DNA of 29,271 nucleotides, from contig JAHHIK010000100.1 of assembly GCA_019358935.1 (NCBI GenBank), forward strand, positions 1 to 29,271, in the 5' to 3' direction. Below the pieces are notes generated by a model that worked only from the letters and a program-made list of their open reading frames with translations, did not search any database and had not been told where the DNA came from. The stretch is from Tolypothrix carrinoi HA7290-LM1 (GTDB lineage Bacteria; Cyanobacteriota; Cyanobacteriia; Cyanobacteriales; Nostocaceae). Of the stretch, positions 17,398 to 26,910 are shown in pieces. The number at the start of each line of letters is the position of its first letter. The first letter of the stretch is position 1. The position numbers were made by a program, and so were the translations under genes.

Positions 17398-20300
17398 ATG
17401 GTAACTTTAACTGGTACGCAATACAGTGAAGATTTTGACGGTATTGGCTCAGGTCTACCACTTGGCTGGCTGATATACACAGGTGCAACTAACTCATCTT
17501 TGGGAAATTCAGCAACTTGGACACAAGCAACAGCAACTTGGGGTGAAACTAACGGTAGATTCAAAAACTTTGCAGCAAACGATAGTGGTCTTGCATCAAA
17601 TGCTTCAGACATCGTGCAAAACTCAGCTACAGACCGAGCATTAGGTATCCGTCAGACAACCGGTTTTGGAGATCCTGGTGCATCGTTCGTTTTCAACCTT
17701 GACAACACACTTGGCTTTCAGAATTTTGGGCTTTCTTTTAAAGCTCAGATGCTGAGTGTTCAACCTCGTTCTACAACTTGGAGTGTTGATTATAGAGTTG
17801 GAAATTCTGGTAATTTCAATGTTCTTGAAACTTATTCAGATCCAAATGCATTTGGCTCTTCTACTCTAAATTTATTAAATTTTGGCACTGATATTAACAA
17901 TCAGTCTAACCAAGTTCAAATCCGAATATCTGCACTCTCAGTCAGTACAGGTAGTAGCAATCGAGACAGTTTTGGTATTGATGATTTTCAACTGACTTAT
18001 AGCTCTGTACCACCAAGTAATCCTCCTGTGGTGACTTTGCCTGGTACGGCTATCTCTTATACCGAAAATGCTTCAGCTACGATTCTCGATGCAAGTGCGA
18101 CTGTCACAGATATTGATTCACCCAACTTCAACAATGGTAGCCTCACTGTTCGTTTCACGACAGGAGGTAGTGCTGATGACCGTATAAACATTCGTAATGA
18201 AGGTACTGGGGCAACTCAGATTAATCTTGATGGCAGAGAAATTTATTACGGTAGCAACTTAATTGGTAACTTCATAGGCGGTATTGGCACTGAGAGTTTG
18301 GTAATTAGCCTGAATACAAATGCCACTCCAGAAAGGGTTCAGGCTTTATTACGTAACATTACTTATGTAAACGTTTCTCAAAATCCTTCAACAAGCAATC
18401 GTACTGTCGAAGTAGTATTGAATGATGGCAATAACGGCATCAGTACAGCGATTACAAAGACAATTGCAGTTGCCAAAGTAAATGATGCACCGCTAATTGG
18501 TGGAACTACTGTTCTTTACGATGGCTCTTTGGGAGGAACACCAGACAATCAAAATAAAGGATTAACATATTATGGACCTGGTATAACTCCCACCTATAGT
18601 AGTGGTGTTACAAATCTGAATACACTCGGAAATAATAGCTTCCAAGCAGGATTTTCTAACTATTCAACATCTGGAACCAATCTTACCTCATTTACACTTG
18701 ACCGTACCACTGGTTACACCATTAGTTTCTCTGCTAAAGTCACAGATGAAGCACGCGCTGCAACAGCTAATAAAAACAACGATGGTAAAGATGACCGTGC
18801 TGGTTTTAGTGTTATTGCTATTAGTAGTGATGGCAAGTTTGGTATTGAATTAGGTTTCTGGAAAGACCGTATTTGGGCACAAGATGATGGCACTACTCAG
18901 AAAAATCCTTCCTTGGAACCAGATGCTGCACCAACTAGCAATTTCCGCACCTTGTTTACTCAAGCAGAAGGTGTAGGCTTCACCACCACTAGTCTAGTGA
19001 ATTATGACCTGACTGTGCTGGGTGATACCTATACTTTATTTGCTGATAGTAATGCAATCCTCAGTGGTAAATTACGGGATTATAGTGCTTTTACTCATCC
19101 AGTTCTTCCAGTTCTTGATGTCTACGAAAAACCCAACTTTATTTTCTTTGGCGATAATACACCTTCGGCACGAGCGAATATTGATTTGAATCGGGTAGCG
19201 GTAACTACTAATAGTATCCCCAATCTGACAATTGACGAAGATAGTATTACAGGACCAATTCCTTTTAAAATTCGTGACTTTGAAACTGTTGCTAATTCCC
19301 TAACGGTTAATTTTTCTTCATCGAATACAGCTTTAGTTCCAAATAATAATATTTCTTATAGTGTTACAGAAGTCAATCCCACTCGCACTTTTACTGTTGT
19401 ACCTGCTGCAAATCAAAATGGCACAGCAACAATTACCTTGAGTGTCAGCGATGGTATTACGACAACTCAGCGTACCTTTGATATCACTGTTAATCCTGTC
19501 AACGATCGCCCCACTTTCACCATTGGCAATAACCAAAGCGTAAAAGCAGGTGCAGGACAACAAGCGATCGCAGGTTGGGCAAGCGGCTTTTATTCTGGTG
19601 CTGATAATGAATCAGGGCAAGGTATCAAAAACTATATAGTTGATTTCGTCAACTCTTCAGACAGTCAATTTTTTGATGGTACGCCAACAATCGATTCTTC
19701 TACAATCAACCCTTTAACAGGCGACCTTAAATATACTCCAACTAGCAACACAAGTATTACCAGCACTACTGTAAAATTTAAAGTCCAAGTCCAGGATAAC
19801 GGTGGTACTGCTAATGGTGGTGTCGATATTTCAACTGTGCAAACTTTCACAATCACCGTTAATCCCACAGCTACTAACTCAATGAATGGTACGCCAAATG
19901 CTGATACTAATTTAATGGGAACGGATCAAAGCGATCGCATTTCCGGTTTAGATAATGACGACACCATTTTTGGTGGTTTAGGTAGCGATCGCATTTTTGG
20001 CAATAATGGTAATGATACCCTCTACGGCGATTTAGAAACTATACCCACTTATGGCGTTAATTTTACGATAGATGACACAATTGCTGGCGGTTTAGGTAGC
20101 GATCGCATTTATGGCAATGGTGGCAATGACAAGCTTTATGGTGACGAGGGAGATGACCAAATCTGGGGTGGAGATGGCAATGATGAAATCTGGGGCGGTT
20201 ATGGCAATGATATCCTTAATGGTGGTCTTGGTAAAGATGCTTTTGTCTTAGTTAGAGGTCAGGGAGCAGATATTATCATGGATTTTACAAGTGAAGATGT

Positions 20301-20448
20301 GCTTGGTTGTGCTGGTGCTTTGAAATATAGTTCGTTGATATTTACTAAGCAAAACGGCGATACTTTAATTACTGATATAAGTACAAATCAGCTATTGGCA
20401 ACCCTCAAAAACTTTACCGGAACTCCTAATAATGGAGGTCAGTTTTAA
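17398..20448 (+). CDS. RTX (hemolysin-type Ca-binding) adhesin with cadherin-like and lectin-like domains; probable type I secretion substrate
   Basis: AGAGGT RBS and ATG at 17398; no signal peptide; cadherin-like motifs (YTENAS..D.DS, VNDAP, TVNPVNDRPTF); C-terminal GGxGxD nonapeptides (GGLGSDRIF, GNNGNDTLY, GGDGNDEIW, GGLGKDAF) and GADIIMDF. Confidence 0.9.
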   Translation: MVTLTGTQYSEDFDGIGSGLPLGWLIYTGATNSSLGNSATWTQATATWGETNGRFKNFAANDSGLASNASDIVQNSATDRALGIRQTTGFGDPGASFVFNLDNTLGFQNFGLSFKAQMLSVQPRSTTWSVDYRVGNSGNFNVLETYSDPNAFGSSTLNLLNFGTDINNQSNQVQIRISALSVSTGSSNRDSFGIDDFQLTYSSVPPSNPPVVTLPGTAISYTENASATILDASATVTDIDSPNFNNGSLTVRFTTGGSADDRINIRNEGTGATQINLDGREIYYGSNLIGNFIGGIGTESLVISLNTNATPERVQALLRNITYVNVSQNPSTSNRTVEVVLNDGNNGISTAITKTIAVAKVNDAPLIGGTTVLYDGSLGGTPDNQNKGLTYYGPGITPTYSSGVTNLNTLGNNSFQAGFSNYSTSGTNLTSFTLDRTTGYTISFSAKVTDEARAATANKNNDGKDDRAGFSVIAISSDGKFGIELGFWKDRIWAQDDGTTQKNPSLEPDAAPTSNFRTLFTQAEGVGFTTTSLVNYDLTVLGDTYTLFADSNAILSGKLRDYSAFTHPVLPVLDVYEKPNFIFFGDNTPSARANIDLNRVAVTTNSIPNLTIDEDSITGPIPFKIRDFETVANSLTVNFSSSNTALVPNNNISYSVTEVNPTRTFTVVPAANQNGTATITLSVSDGITTTQRTFDITVNPVNDRPTFTIGNNQSVKAGAGQQAIAGWASGFYSGADNESGQGIKNYIVDFVNSSDSQFFDGTPTIDSSTINPLTGDLKYTPTSNTSITSTTVKFKVQVQDNGGTANGGVDISTVQTFTITVNPTATNSMNGTPNADTNLMGTDQSDRISGLDNDDTIFGGLGSDRIFGNNGNDTLYGDLETIPTYGVNFTIDDTIAGGLGSDRIYGNGGNDKLYGDEGDDQIWGGDGNDEIWGGYGNDILNGGLGKDAFVLVRGQGADIIMDFTSEDVLGCAGALKYSSLIFTKQNGDTLITDISTNQLLATLKNFTGTPNNGGQF

Positions 20449-20456
20449 AACAGTGT

Positions 20457-20490
20457 TTGGCGTTTCTAGGTTTCTCTTGGGAACGCCTAA
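20457..20490 (+). terminator. Putative intrinsic terminator
   Basis: TTGGCGTTTCTAGG..CTTGGGAACGCCTAA imperfect hairpin just after the RTX gene's stop codon. Confidence 0.45.
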
Positions 20491-20586
20491 TTTAGCAAAA
20501 AATGAATTATAGTTTGGTTATTGGAGTGTTTGAGAGATATTGCGGTTTATACTGCTTAATTAAATAAAAAAGTTAAAATCTTAATT

Positions 20587-21036
20587 GTGTCCGCCAAAGA
20601 TGCTTTTCATTATGTTGTCAAAACAGCCCTTCAGAAAGATGGCTGGTTAATTACTCATGACCCATATCCCCTGCAAGCTGGTACATTTGACCTTGCTATT
20701 GACCTCGGTGCCCAAAAAGTGATTGCTGCTCAAAAGCAAGGGCTGGAAATTGCTGTGGAAATCAAAAGTTTCCTCGGTCCGTCCAAGATTTCCGAATTTT
20801 ACGGAGCATTGGGACAATTTATTACGTATAGGGCTGCTTTACGCAATCAAGAGCCAGAGCGTATATTGTATCTGGCAGTCTCCAGCGATATTTACGATCG
20901 CCTTTTTGCAACTGTATTTATTCGAGAACTTGTTGAGCAAAATCAAGTTTACCTGGTAATATACAATATTGATCGGGAGGTGATTGAACGATGGCTACCG
21001 TCGATGAGTACCGACGACATATCCAACACCTATTAA
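20587..21036 (+). CDS. xisH: XisH family protein
   Basis: MSAKDAFH..VKTALQKDGWLITHDP, DLGA, IAVEIKSF, ALGQF..YR, LYLAV, EVIERW. Confidence 0.93.
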   Translation: MSAKDAFHYVVKTALQKDGWLITHDPYPLQAGTFDLAIDLGAQKVIAAQKQGLEIAVEIKSFLGPSKISEFYGALGQFITYRAALRNQEPERILYLAVSSDIYDRLFATVFIRELVEQNQVYLVIYNIDREVIERWLPSMSTDDISNTY

Positions 21037-21323
21037 CTGAACAGGCAAAGTTAGTTTGGGATGAACGCATCCAGGCTGAAACTATTTTCGATATCGAACG
21101 CGATCGCTATCAACTAGTCTACGTTGGCTGGCGTGAGTCTAAGCGATTATATGGTACTGTTCTTCATCTTGACATAATTGATGGCAAAATTTGGATTCAG
21201 CAGGATGGTACTGAAGTTGGTATTGCCAACCAATTGGTGGAACTCGGTGTCCCCAAGCAAGACATTGTTTTGGGGTTTGACCCTCCAAAGATGCGTCATT
21301 ACACTGAATTTGCTGTGGGATAA
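20991..21323 (+). CDS. xisI: XisI family protein
   Basis: FDIERDRYQL..VGW, LHLDIIDGKIWIQQDGTE.GIA..L...GVPKQDIVLGF..P..R.YTEFAVG; overlaps xisH. Confidence 0.95.
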   Translation: MATVDEYRRHIQHLLTEQAKLVWDERIQAETIFDIERDRYQLVYVGWRESKRLYGTVLHLDIIDGKIWIQQDGTEVGIANQLVELGVPKQDIVLGFDPPKMRHYTEFAVG

Positions 21324-21439
21324 TGCCGCTTTTTTCTTGTTACCAAGCTTTGCCTCGTTTCATTCTAGCAGGCGGAGCCTACCGGAAGGCATTCCCATGC
21401 AGAGCGTTTGTGTACGAGAAAAGAGCGCTGAAGCGCTCA

Positions 21440-24400
21440 CTACTTATCTTTCTCTTTATTTGGCAAGGCACTTTGATTTACACTAGGAATTACAGCGCGA
21501 AATTCTTGATTTTCTAACTGCTGGACATTGAGTTCTTGAAAACCGAGGGAAGATGCATCTAAATTCAATGTCATACCACCCACAGGTTTATCATTTATCA
21601 ATAAATCGTAAGTGCCTTGTTGCAGTCTTTCTAAATAATAAACTCCAGCGGTGTTGGTGACAGAAAATAAGCGCACTTTAGAATCTTTAGAAACTGCTTC
21701 TACCCTCGCACCATTAATTGGTTTACCTTGAGCATCGGTAATAACTCCCGAAAAGGCGTAAGCACGAGTTAATGGTAACATTACTGGTGTGTAAGAACCT
21801 GCGATAACATCGACTGCGTAAGCGTCAGTTGTAGCTTGCCAATCTTCCGGGAAACCTGCGGGATCTAAATCTAAACGATAAGTTCCTGGATTTAAGCGTA
21901 CCAGAATGCGATCGCTTTGAATATCCGGTTGCAATGATTTGATAACTCGATTGTTCACAACTAGCAATGTATCCGGATTTTCTGTATATAATTTCTCACC
22001 CGCATCGCGTTTGCCGTTATTATTATTATCAAAGAACGGCTGAATCAATAAACCGCCTTGGGTACGGAAATAATCAGAACGTCTATCCCCTAGTGTAATT
22101 CCACTTTGCAAACCCGCGCTAGAAACTAAGTCTATATTAAAGCTGGCTTGGTCGGAAGTCACAGATACGCCTTGATAACGCGCCCGCAACAAAATACCTG
22201 GTAAAATTGTAGTTGATAATGAAGCAACAGGTCCGCTACCCTGAGAACCAATCCCATAGCCTAACTGCGCTTCCCAACGATAATTGCCATCGCTAGCGCG
22301 TTGTGTAGAACGATATCGCCAACCTAAAGTCAGTAAATTATTACTCAAATTTTGACTGCGGGTTTCATAACTTACTACCAGCGAGTTTCCTAAATTCAAA
22401 AAGCTGCTGTTTCTAGAGAAATTATAGGTGAATTCCGATAAAGTGCCGATTTCGTTACCGCGTTGATTTAATTCTAATCTGCCGAGACGTTGCAGCAAAG
22501 TCCAGCGCAAGCGGTTTTCGGTATCTAAGCTAATACGGGCGAAGGTAAAAGCGTTTTTACCACTAAAGTTTAATTGTACACCACCGCCTGTAGCGTCGCG
22601 GCTATCGGTAGTGGCAAATAAACTTAAGCCAGGAAACACGCGCCAATCTATGTTAAAACGATTAGAAAAGCGATCGCTTGTAAATGATGCACTCAAACTC
22701 CGAGTAGGATTAAACCGGATATCTGCGTTCACATCCCATTTACTACCGCTGAGTGCAGAAACTGCAACTTCTAAAGGCAAATTTGCCGGACGATAAAATA
22801 TTTCTGCTAAACCTCTGGCGGAATCGTCGTATACTCCACCTACACCGACTGTGAGATTTTCTGATAAACCCCATCTTTGAGCGATTCCACCGCGAAAATC
22901 TGAGAAGTTGCCCAACAGACTGTTATTTAATTCGCGTCGCAAACCACCAGAAAAAACCAACGCAGAAGAACCTGCGGGTAATTGTCCTGGTACAATTGAG
23001 TAAGTAGCTTCACGGATTTCTGGTTGAGCGGTGAGTCGTCCTTCTGGGTAAAGCAAGACGCGGTAACTGCTGCCATAGTATTGATTTTCGCTTCTGACGT
23101 TTTCAAAGCGGTAAATTCCGGAAGAATCTACCAAAACTTCGCCAATTACGCGATCGCCAAATGCTTCTGCTAACCTAACTAATGTACCAGGTTGAGCCGT
23201 ACCTGTAATTGTCCTGCCAATTTGTGAAGCTTGCAACCGCAAGCGAGGATCGACAAAACCACCACCAAACAGTTGCGGTGGGGTAAATCCTTGTCGTTGA
23301 ATATATGTAAAACCCCAATAATCGCTTGCACCTTGACTGCGCCAAAAAGTCGGTTGGGAACCTAATATATAGTCAGATCGATTATTTGGTCGATAAAATT
23401 GTGCTTCTGCTAATCTCCAACTTGATGCATCTTGGAAATTTGGCTGATCTGTACGCACAAACCAACTACCACCAAACAGACTACCAACCGCGAGAAAATC
23501 TCCTCTGTAACTCGCTGATGTGCCTTCGGAACCGCTGGCGTTAACTTTTTGTTCAATTGCGCCAAAACTGAAGTTACCCGGTGCAATTCGTGGTATACCT
23601 TCTAATATAATCGGGGATTCTGCTTGCCCAATTCTCGAACTCGATTGATTTAGCCAAGGTACATCTAGCTCAATTGCGTAATCGTTGATGTTGAATTGTG
23701 CTTTAATGCCAAAGAGAGTATTTAAGTCTTGAATCGAAAATACTAAGCCTAACTCTGGATCGTTGCGAAGCTTTTTTGGGTCGATGCGAGTGACAAGACC
23801 AGGCGATCGCACTTCTAATTGACCATCTGGTAGATTTTTTAAGTCTAATTTCAACGCTTGAATTATATCATCAAACGGTAAGAGCCAATTTTCAAAGTTA
23901 ATTGCTTGCGTTCCGTCTTCTTGTCCCCGGATAATCACGCTGGGGTTGACATTGCGTTTGCCCACACTTAAACCAACCGGAAATGTACTGAATTCCTTTG
24001 TCTTTTTTTCAAATTCAGATTTAACTTCCGGCATCAGTGTTTCCGACTTTGGTTGCGTCTTTTCTGCTAAATCAGCAGCAACGTTATCTTTAGACAGCGT
24101 AGGCTTTAGCCGTTGATGCCAATTTGAATCCTGACTTTTCACCTCATCTGGAAAACCTAACCCCCCAACACCCGAACCTACAAGGGAAGGGGGAGAGTCT
24201 AAACCTCTCTCCTCATCGGGAAGACCTAACCCCCCAACACCCGAACCTATGAGGGAAGGGGGAGAATCAAAGCCTCTCTCCTTGTAGGAGAGAGGTTTGG
24301 AGAGAGGTTTTCTAGATTTAACCGCTTCCCGATATTGAATCAGCCTTTCCCGCAGATCCGCACGACTAGCTTCACTAATCGGCAAACTTTTTAACCTTTC

Positions 24401-24652
24401 CTCTAAAGAGAGTGAATCGTAGTTCGTTTGATCTGAAGTTGCATTCGTAGGTATCACCTCACCCCCCCGTTGGCTTGCGTCAACACTTCCCTCTCCTTTA
24501 TAAGGAGAGGGGTTAGGGGGTGAGGTATTATCTATATTTTCGTCTGCAACAGTTTCTTCTGAGAAGTCAGGGGTAGGGTTCTTAGCCTTAGCTGGAGTAG
24601 CGCAAAAAAGGCAAACCGCAACCGCAGAAAGGTAAAATAGGGGATTTTTCAC
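21440..24652 (-). CDS. Fimbrial usher-like outer-membrane protein
   Basis: Signal peptide; plug-like GTAQPGTLVRL..IGEVLVDSSGIYRFENV; PGQLPAG; RWGLSENLTVGVG (usher YGL..LT.G motif); barrel strands; C-terminal SdrD-like FDNNNNGKRDAGE and carboxypeptidase-regulatory-like domains. It starts 8 nt after the chaperone gene's stop. Confidence 0.8.
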   Translation of the reverse strand: MKNPLFYLSAVAVCLFCATPAKAKNPTPDFSEETVADENIDNTSPPNPSPYKGEGSVDASQRGGEVIPTNATSDQTNYDSLSLEERLKSLPISEASRADLRERLIQYREAVKSRKPLSKPLSYKERGFDSPPSLIGSGVGGLGLPDEERGLDSPPSLVGSGVGGLGFPDEVKSQDSNWHQRLKPTLSKDNVAADLAEKTQPKSETLMPEVKSEFEKKTKEFSTFPVGLSVGKRNVNPSVIIRGQEDGTQAINFENWLLPFDDIIQALKLDLKNLPDGQLEVRSPGLVTRIDPKKLRNDPELGLVFSIQDLNTLFGIKAQFNINDYAIELDVPWLNQSSSRIGQAESPIILEGIPRIAPGNFSFGAIEQKVNASGSEGTSASYRGDFLAVGSLFGGSWFVRTDQPNFQDASSWRLAEAQFYRPNNRSDYILGSQPTFWRSQGASDYWGFTYIQRQGFTPPQLFGGGFVDPRLRLQASQIGRTITGTAQPGTLVRLAEAFGDRVIGEVLVDSSGIYRFENVRSENQYYGSSYRVLLYPEGRLTAQPEIREATYSIVPGQLPAGSSALVFSGGLRRELNNSLLGNFSDFRGGIAQRWGLSENLTVGVGGVYDDSARGLAEIFYRPANLPLEVAVSALSGSKWDVNADIRFNPTRSLSASFTSDRFSNRFNIDWRVFPGLSLFATTDSRDATGGGVQLNFSGKNAFTFARISLDTENRLRWTLLQRLGRLELNQRGNEIGTLSEFTYNFSRNSSFLNLGNSLVVSYETRSQNLSNNLLTLGWRYRSTQRASDGNYRWEAQLGYGIGSQGSGPVASLSTTILPGILLRARYQGVSVTSDQASFNIDLVSSAGLQSGITLGDRRSDYFRTQGGLLIQPFFDNNNNGKRDAGEKLYTENPDTLLVVNNRVIKSLQPDIQSDRILVRLNPGTYRLDLDPAGFPEDWQATTDAYAVDVIAGSYTPVMLPLTRAYAFSGVITDAQGKPINGARVEAVSKDSKVRLFSVTNTAGVYYLERLQQGTYDLLINDKPVGGMTLNLDASSLGFQELNVQQLENQEFRAVIPSVNQSALPNKEKDK
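24142..24310. repeat. 69-bp tandem duplication of a dispersed palindromic repeat, translated in frame in the usher N-terminus
   Basis: CCTCATC at 24142 and 24211; encodes ERG(F/L)DSPPSL(I/V)GSGVGGLG(L/F)PDE twice. Confidence 0.85.
24455..24526. repeat. ACCTCACCCCC...GGGGGTGAGGT palindromic repeat inside the usher ORF
   Basis: 11-bp terminal inverted repeat; an intergenic sibling lies at ~26095-26162. Confidence 0.7.
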
Positions 24653-24660
24653 GCTAACTT

Positions 24661-25536
24661 TTACCTTCTATTTCTGGTTGGCGATGGGGTAGAATTTCCT
24701 CCAGGAACAGTTAAATCCAGCTTGAATGGTAGTTTACTTTTGTCGTTATCTTCACCCCACAGCAACTCACCACTCAGTTGATATGTTCCAGGAGAAAGAG
24801 CTAATTCATCTTTTTTAGATTGATTTAAAATTAAATTGCGATCGCCATCAGGCACAATACCCGCATCTGGTGTTTCTCCAGATTTAACAACCGTTCCACC
24901 TTGCTTGAGAGTCCACTTAATAGATGTGTAAGCAGATGCTTTACCACTGTTGCGGACTAACATTTGTATCTTCTTTGCCTCTGCATTCCATCTGACGCTA
25001 TCCACCATCAAATTAGGACGCACATCACCTTTGCGGACAAAGAAGGCACTACCAACACGAGTGATAATGTTCGTTGTAATTCCATTCCCATTCTTAACAG
25101 TATTCGGCTTTAAAGGTTCGGTGAAAATCATTGTCCGATATTCACCAGCTGGCAAACTAGGAGCCAAACGAGCATTCAAGCGCACTCTTCTAGTTGTTCC
25201 CGGTGGGACAACAAGTTCACGCGGCGAAAATTGCAAATATGGTCTTAAATCGGAAGGGCTAGATGGTAAACTTTGAAAACCCGAATCTCGATTGTATGTA
25301 AAAGATTCAGCGTAGACGCGAGCGCGAAAGGTTTCGTTACTAGTATTTGTGATATTAATAACGCCTTGAGCTTGACCGCGATTTGTTTTAACTTCAATTT
25401 TTAATGGCGAGAGACTCACCTGTGCTTGACTTGCACCTGCCCAAAGTAAAGTTGCAGATAATGCCCAGGAACTTAAACGCAAAACAGTACGAACAGGTGC
25501 GGAAACAACTCCCACCTTTTGAGTTGAAAAGAACAT
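24661..25536 (-). CDS. Periplasmic pilus chaperone (PapD-like)
   Basis: AGGAG RBS; signal ending SQA; VSLSPLKIE..INITN, FSPRELVVPPG..RRVRL, GEYR.MIF.EP; second Ig domain VRNSGKA. Confidence 0.85.
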   Translation of the reverse strand: MFFSTQKVGVVSAPVRTVLRLSSWALSATLLWAGASQAQVSLSPLKIEVKTNRGQAQGVINITNTSNETFRARVYAESFTYNRDSGFQSLPSSPSDLRPYLQFSPRELVVPPGTTRRVRLNARLAPSLPAGEYRTMIFTEPLKPNTVKNGNGITTNIITRVGSAFFVRKGDVRPNLMVDSVRWNAEAKKIQMLVRNSGKASAYTSIKWTLKQGGTVVKSGETPDAGIVPDGDRNLILNQSKKDELALSPGTYQLSGELLWGEDNDKSKLPFKLDLTVPGGNSTPSPTRNRR

Positions 25537-25619
25537 TTTAATTTGATTCTCCTAGCATTTAAAGCTTATAAAAACCTGCTTGTTTTATTGTTAATATCGG
25601 GCTTTTCGTCCTCCATAAT

Positions 25620-25737
25620 CCGCCAGAGACTTTAAGTCTCTGGCTCATAGCGAAAGTCCGTTAAAACGGACTGAATTTAATTTTTAGTCGGTTTAAACCG
25701 ACTTTTGCTATTAGCCCGGAAATTAATTTCCGGGCGG
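25620..25737. repeat. Four-hairpin composite palindromic element (REPIN/MITE-like)
   Basis: CCGCC..GGCGG ends enclose CCAGAGACTTTAAGTCTCTGG, AGTCCGTTAAAACGGACT, AGTCGGTTTAAACCGACT and GCCCGGAAATTAATTTCCGGGC. Confidence 0.75.
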
Positions 25738-26094
25738 GTATGGTCGAGAATGAAATAGCCTTGATTCATAAATCTGAATGTGGATAATAGCAGGTTTATT
25801 ACATACCACGTAAATTTGTATGATTTTGGTAGATACTCACTTCTGAAAATTTGGCAATTAATAATCGAATAGTGATGAATTAAGAGTTAGGAATATTAAC
25901 TCTTAATTTATAACTTCTCAATTACTAATTACTCGTTAACAGTGATTCTGTTTTAGCAGTCTTTTTAGCCAGTGATAACCGTAGAATCTACAGTATTTGC
26001 CTGAGTTGATATTAAGCCTAGTTAAATACTCGCTATTTCCACCGAACCGCACCCCGCGTTTAACTTATCCGCTAAATTACCCGCAATATAAACA

Positions 26095-26424
26095 CCTCAC
26101 CCCTAACCCCTCTCCTTACGCTCGTAGAGGGGAAATAAAGCACAGCTTTATGGGGGTGAGGTTTTATCGGAATAATGTTAATTTACTCGACGTGATATGA
26201 TTCTTGCGGGGTGCATTTTGCGCTTTAAAAATGAAAAAGACGGGTGAGACACCCATCCTACAAAAATATAAATTTCATCCAGCAAATATACAACACTTAT
26301 GAAAAATTCCCCTCCTCGCAAGCGGGGAAGGGATACTTTTATGTTCTGTTATGTTGGGTTGAGATAAGAAAACTTAACATCATCCTTGAATTTGTTGGGT
26401 TTCACTTTGTTCAACCTAACCTAC
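26095..26424. repeat. Cluster of palindromic/REP-like repeats downstream of the pilin gene
   Basis: ACCTCACCCC..GGGGTGAGGT, GACGGGTGAGACACCCATCCTAC, TTCCCCTCCTCGCAAGCGGGGAAGGGA and TGTTGGGTTTCACTTTGTTCAACCTAACCTAC. Confidence 0.6.
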
Positions 26425-26436
26425 AATAACTACCGC

Positions 26437-26910
26437 CTATTTAGTTGCGGTAACAGTAACGTTGAAAACGTAATTTCCTGTAGCCAAAGCAGTACCATCA
26501 GTACGTGAGGCTGTCATGCTTACATCCACAGGTGTGTTAGTTGCAGGAGCATCAATTCCTGTTGCAGCACCAGAGTTAACAGCATTAGCACCAGATTTGA
26601 GTGTTGCTACTTTTGTTAAATCTGCGTCAGCAGTAGTTCCAGTGCTAGCAGGATCCTTTATAGGGGTAGATACTTTTAGCGTTCCACCAGCACAATTAAC
26701 GATAACCGTAGCAGGAGTAGTAGTGTTTAAAGTTGTATTGTCAGCATTCGCAGCCAAAGCTCCATCTGTTTTAGTACCAAAAGTACAGGATTCAGGAATT
26801 GACCCAGTCAAACTTAGAGTTGGTGAGACGACTTGAGCCTTAGCGCTAGAAGCAAAACCAACGACGCCAGCCAACATCAAAGCACAAGCGAATAAAGAAC
26901 GACGTAACAT
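26437..26910 (-). CDS. Chaperone-usher pilin; candidate major subunit
   Basis: GAGGA RBS before MLRRSLF (26910); signal ending AKA; alternating donor-like strand TLSLTGSIPESCTF; VIVNC; ATGNYVFNVTVT. Confidence 0.8.
   Translation of the reverse strand: MLRRSLFACALMLAGVVGFASSAKAQVVSPTLSLTGSIPESCTFGTKTDGALAANADNTTLNTTTPATVIVNCAGGTLKVSTPIKDPASTGTTADADLTKVATLKSGANAVNSGAATGIDAPATNTPVDVSMTASRTDGTALATGNYVFNVTVTATK

Noticed and set aside
20587..21323. fdxN-type heterocyst excision element
   Set aside because: No xisF serine recombinase or interrupted nif/fdxN gene in the window; orphan xisHI pairs are common.
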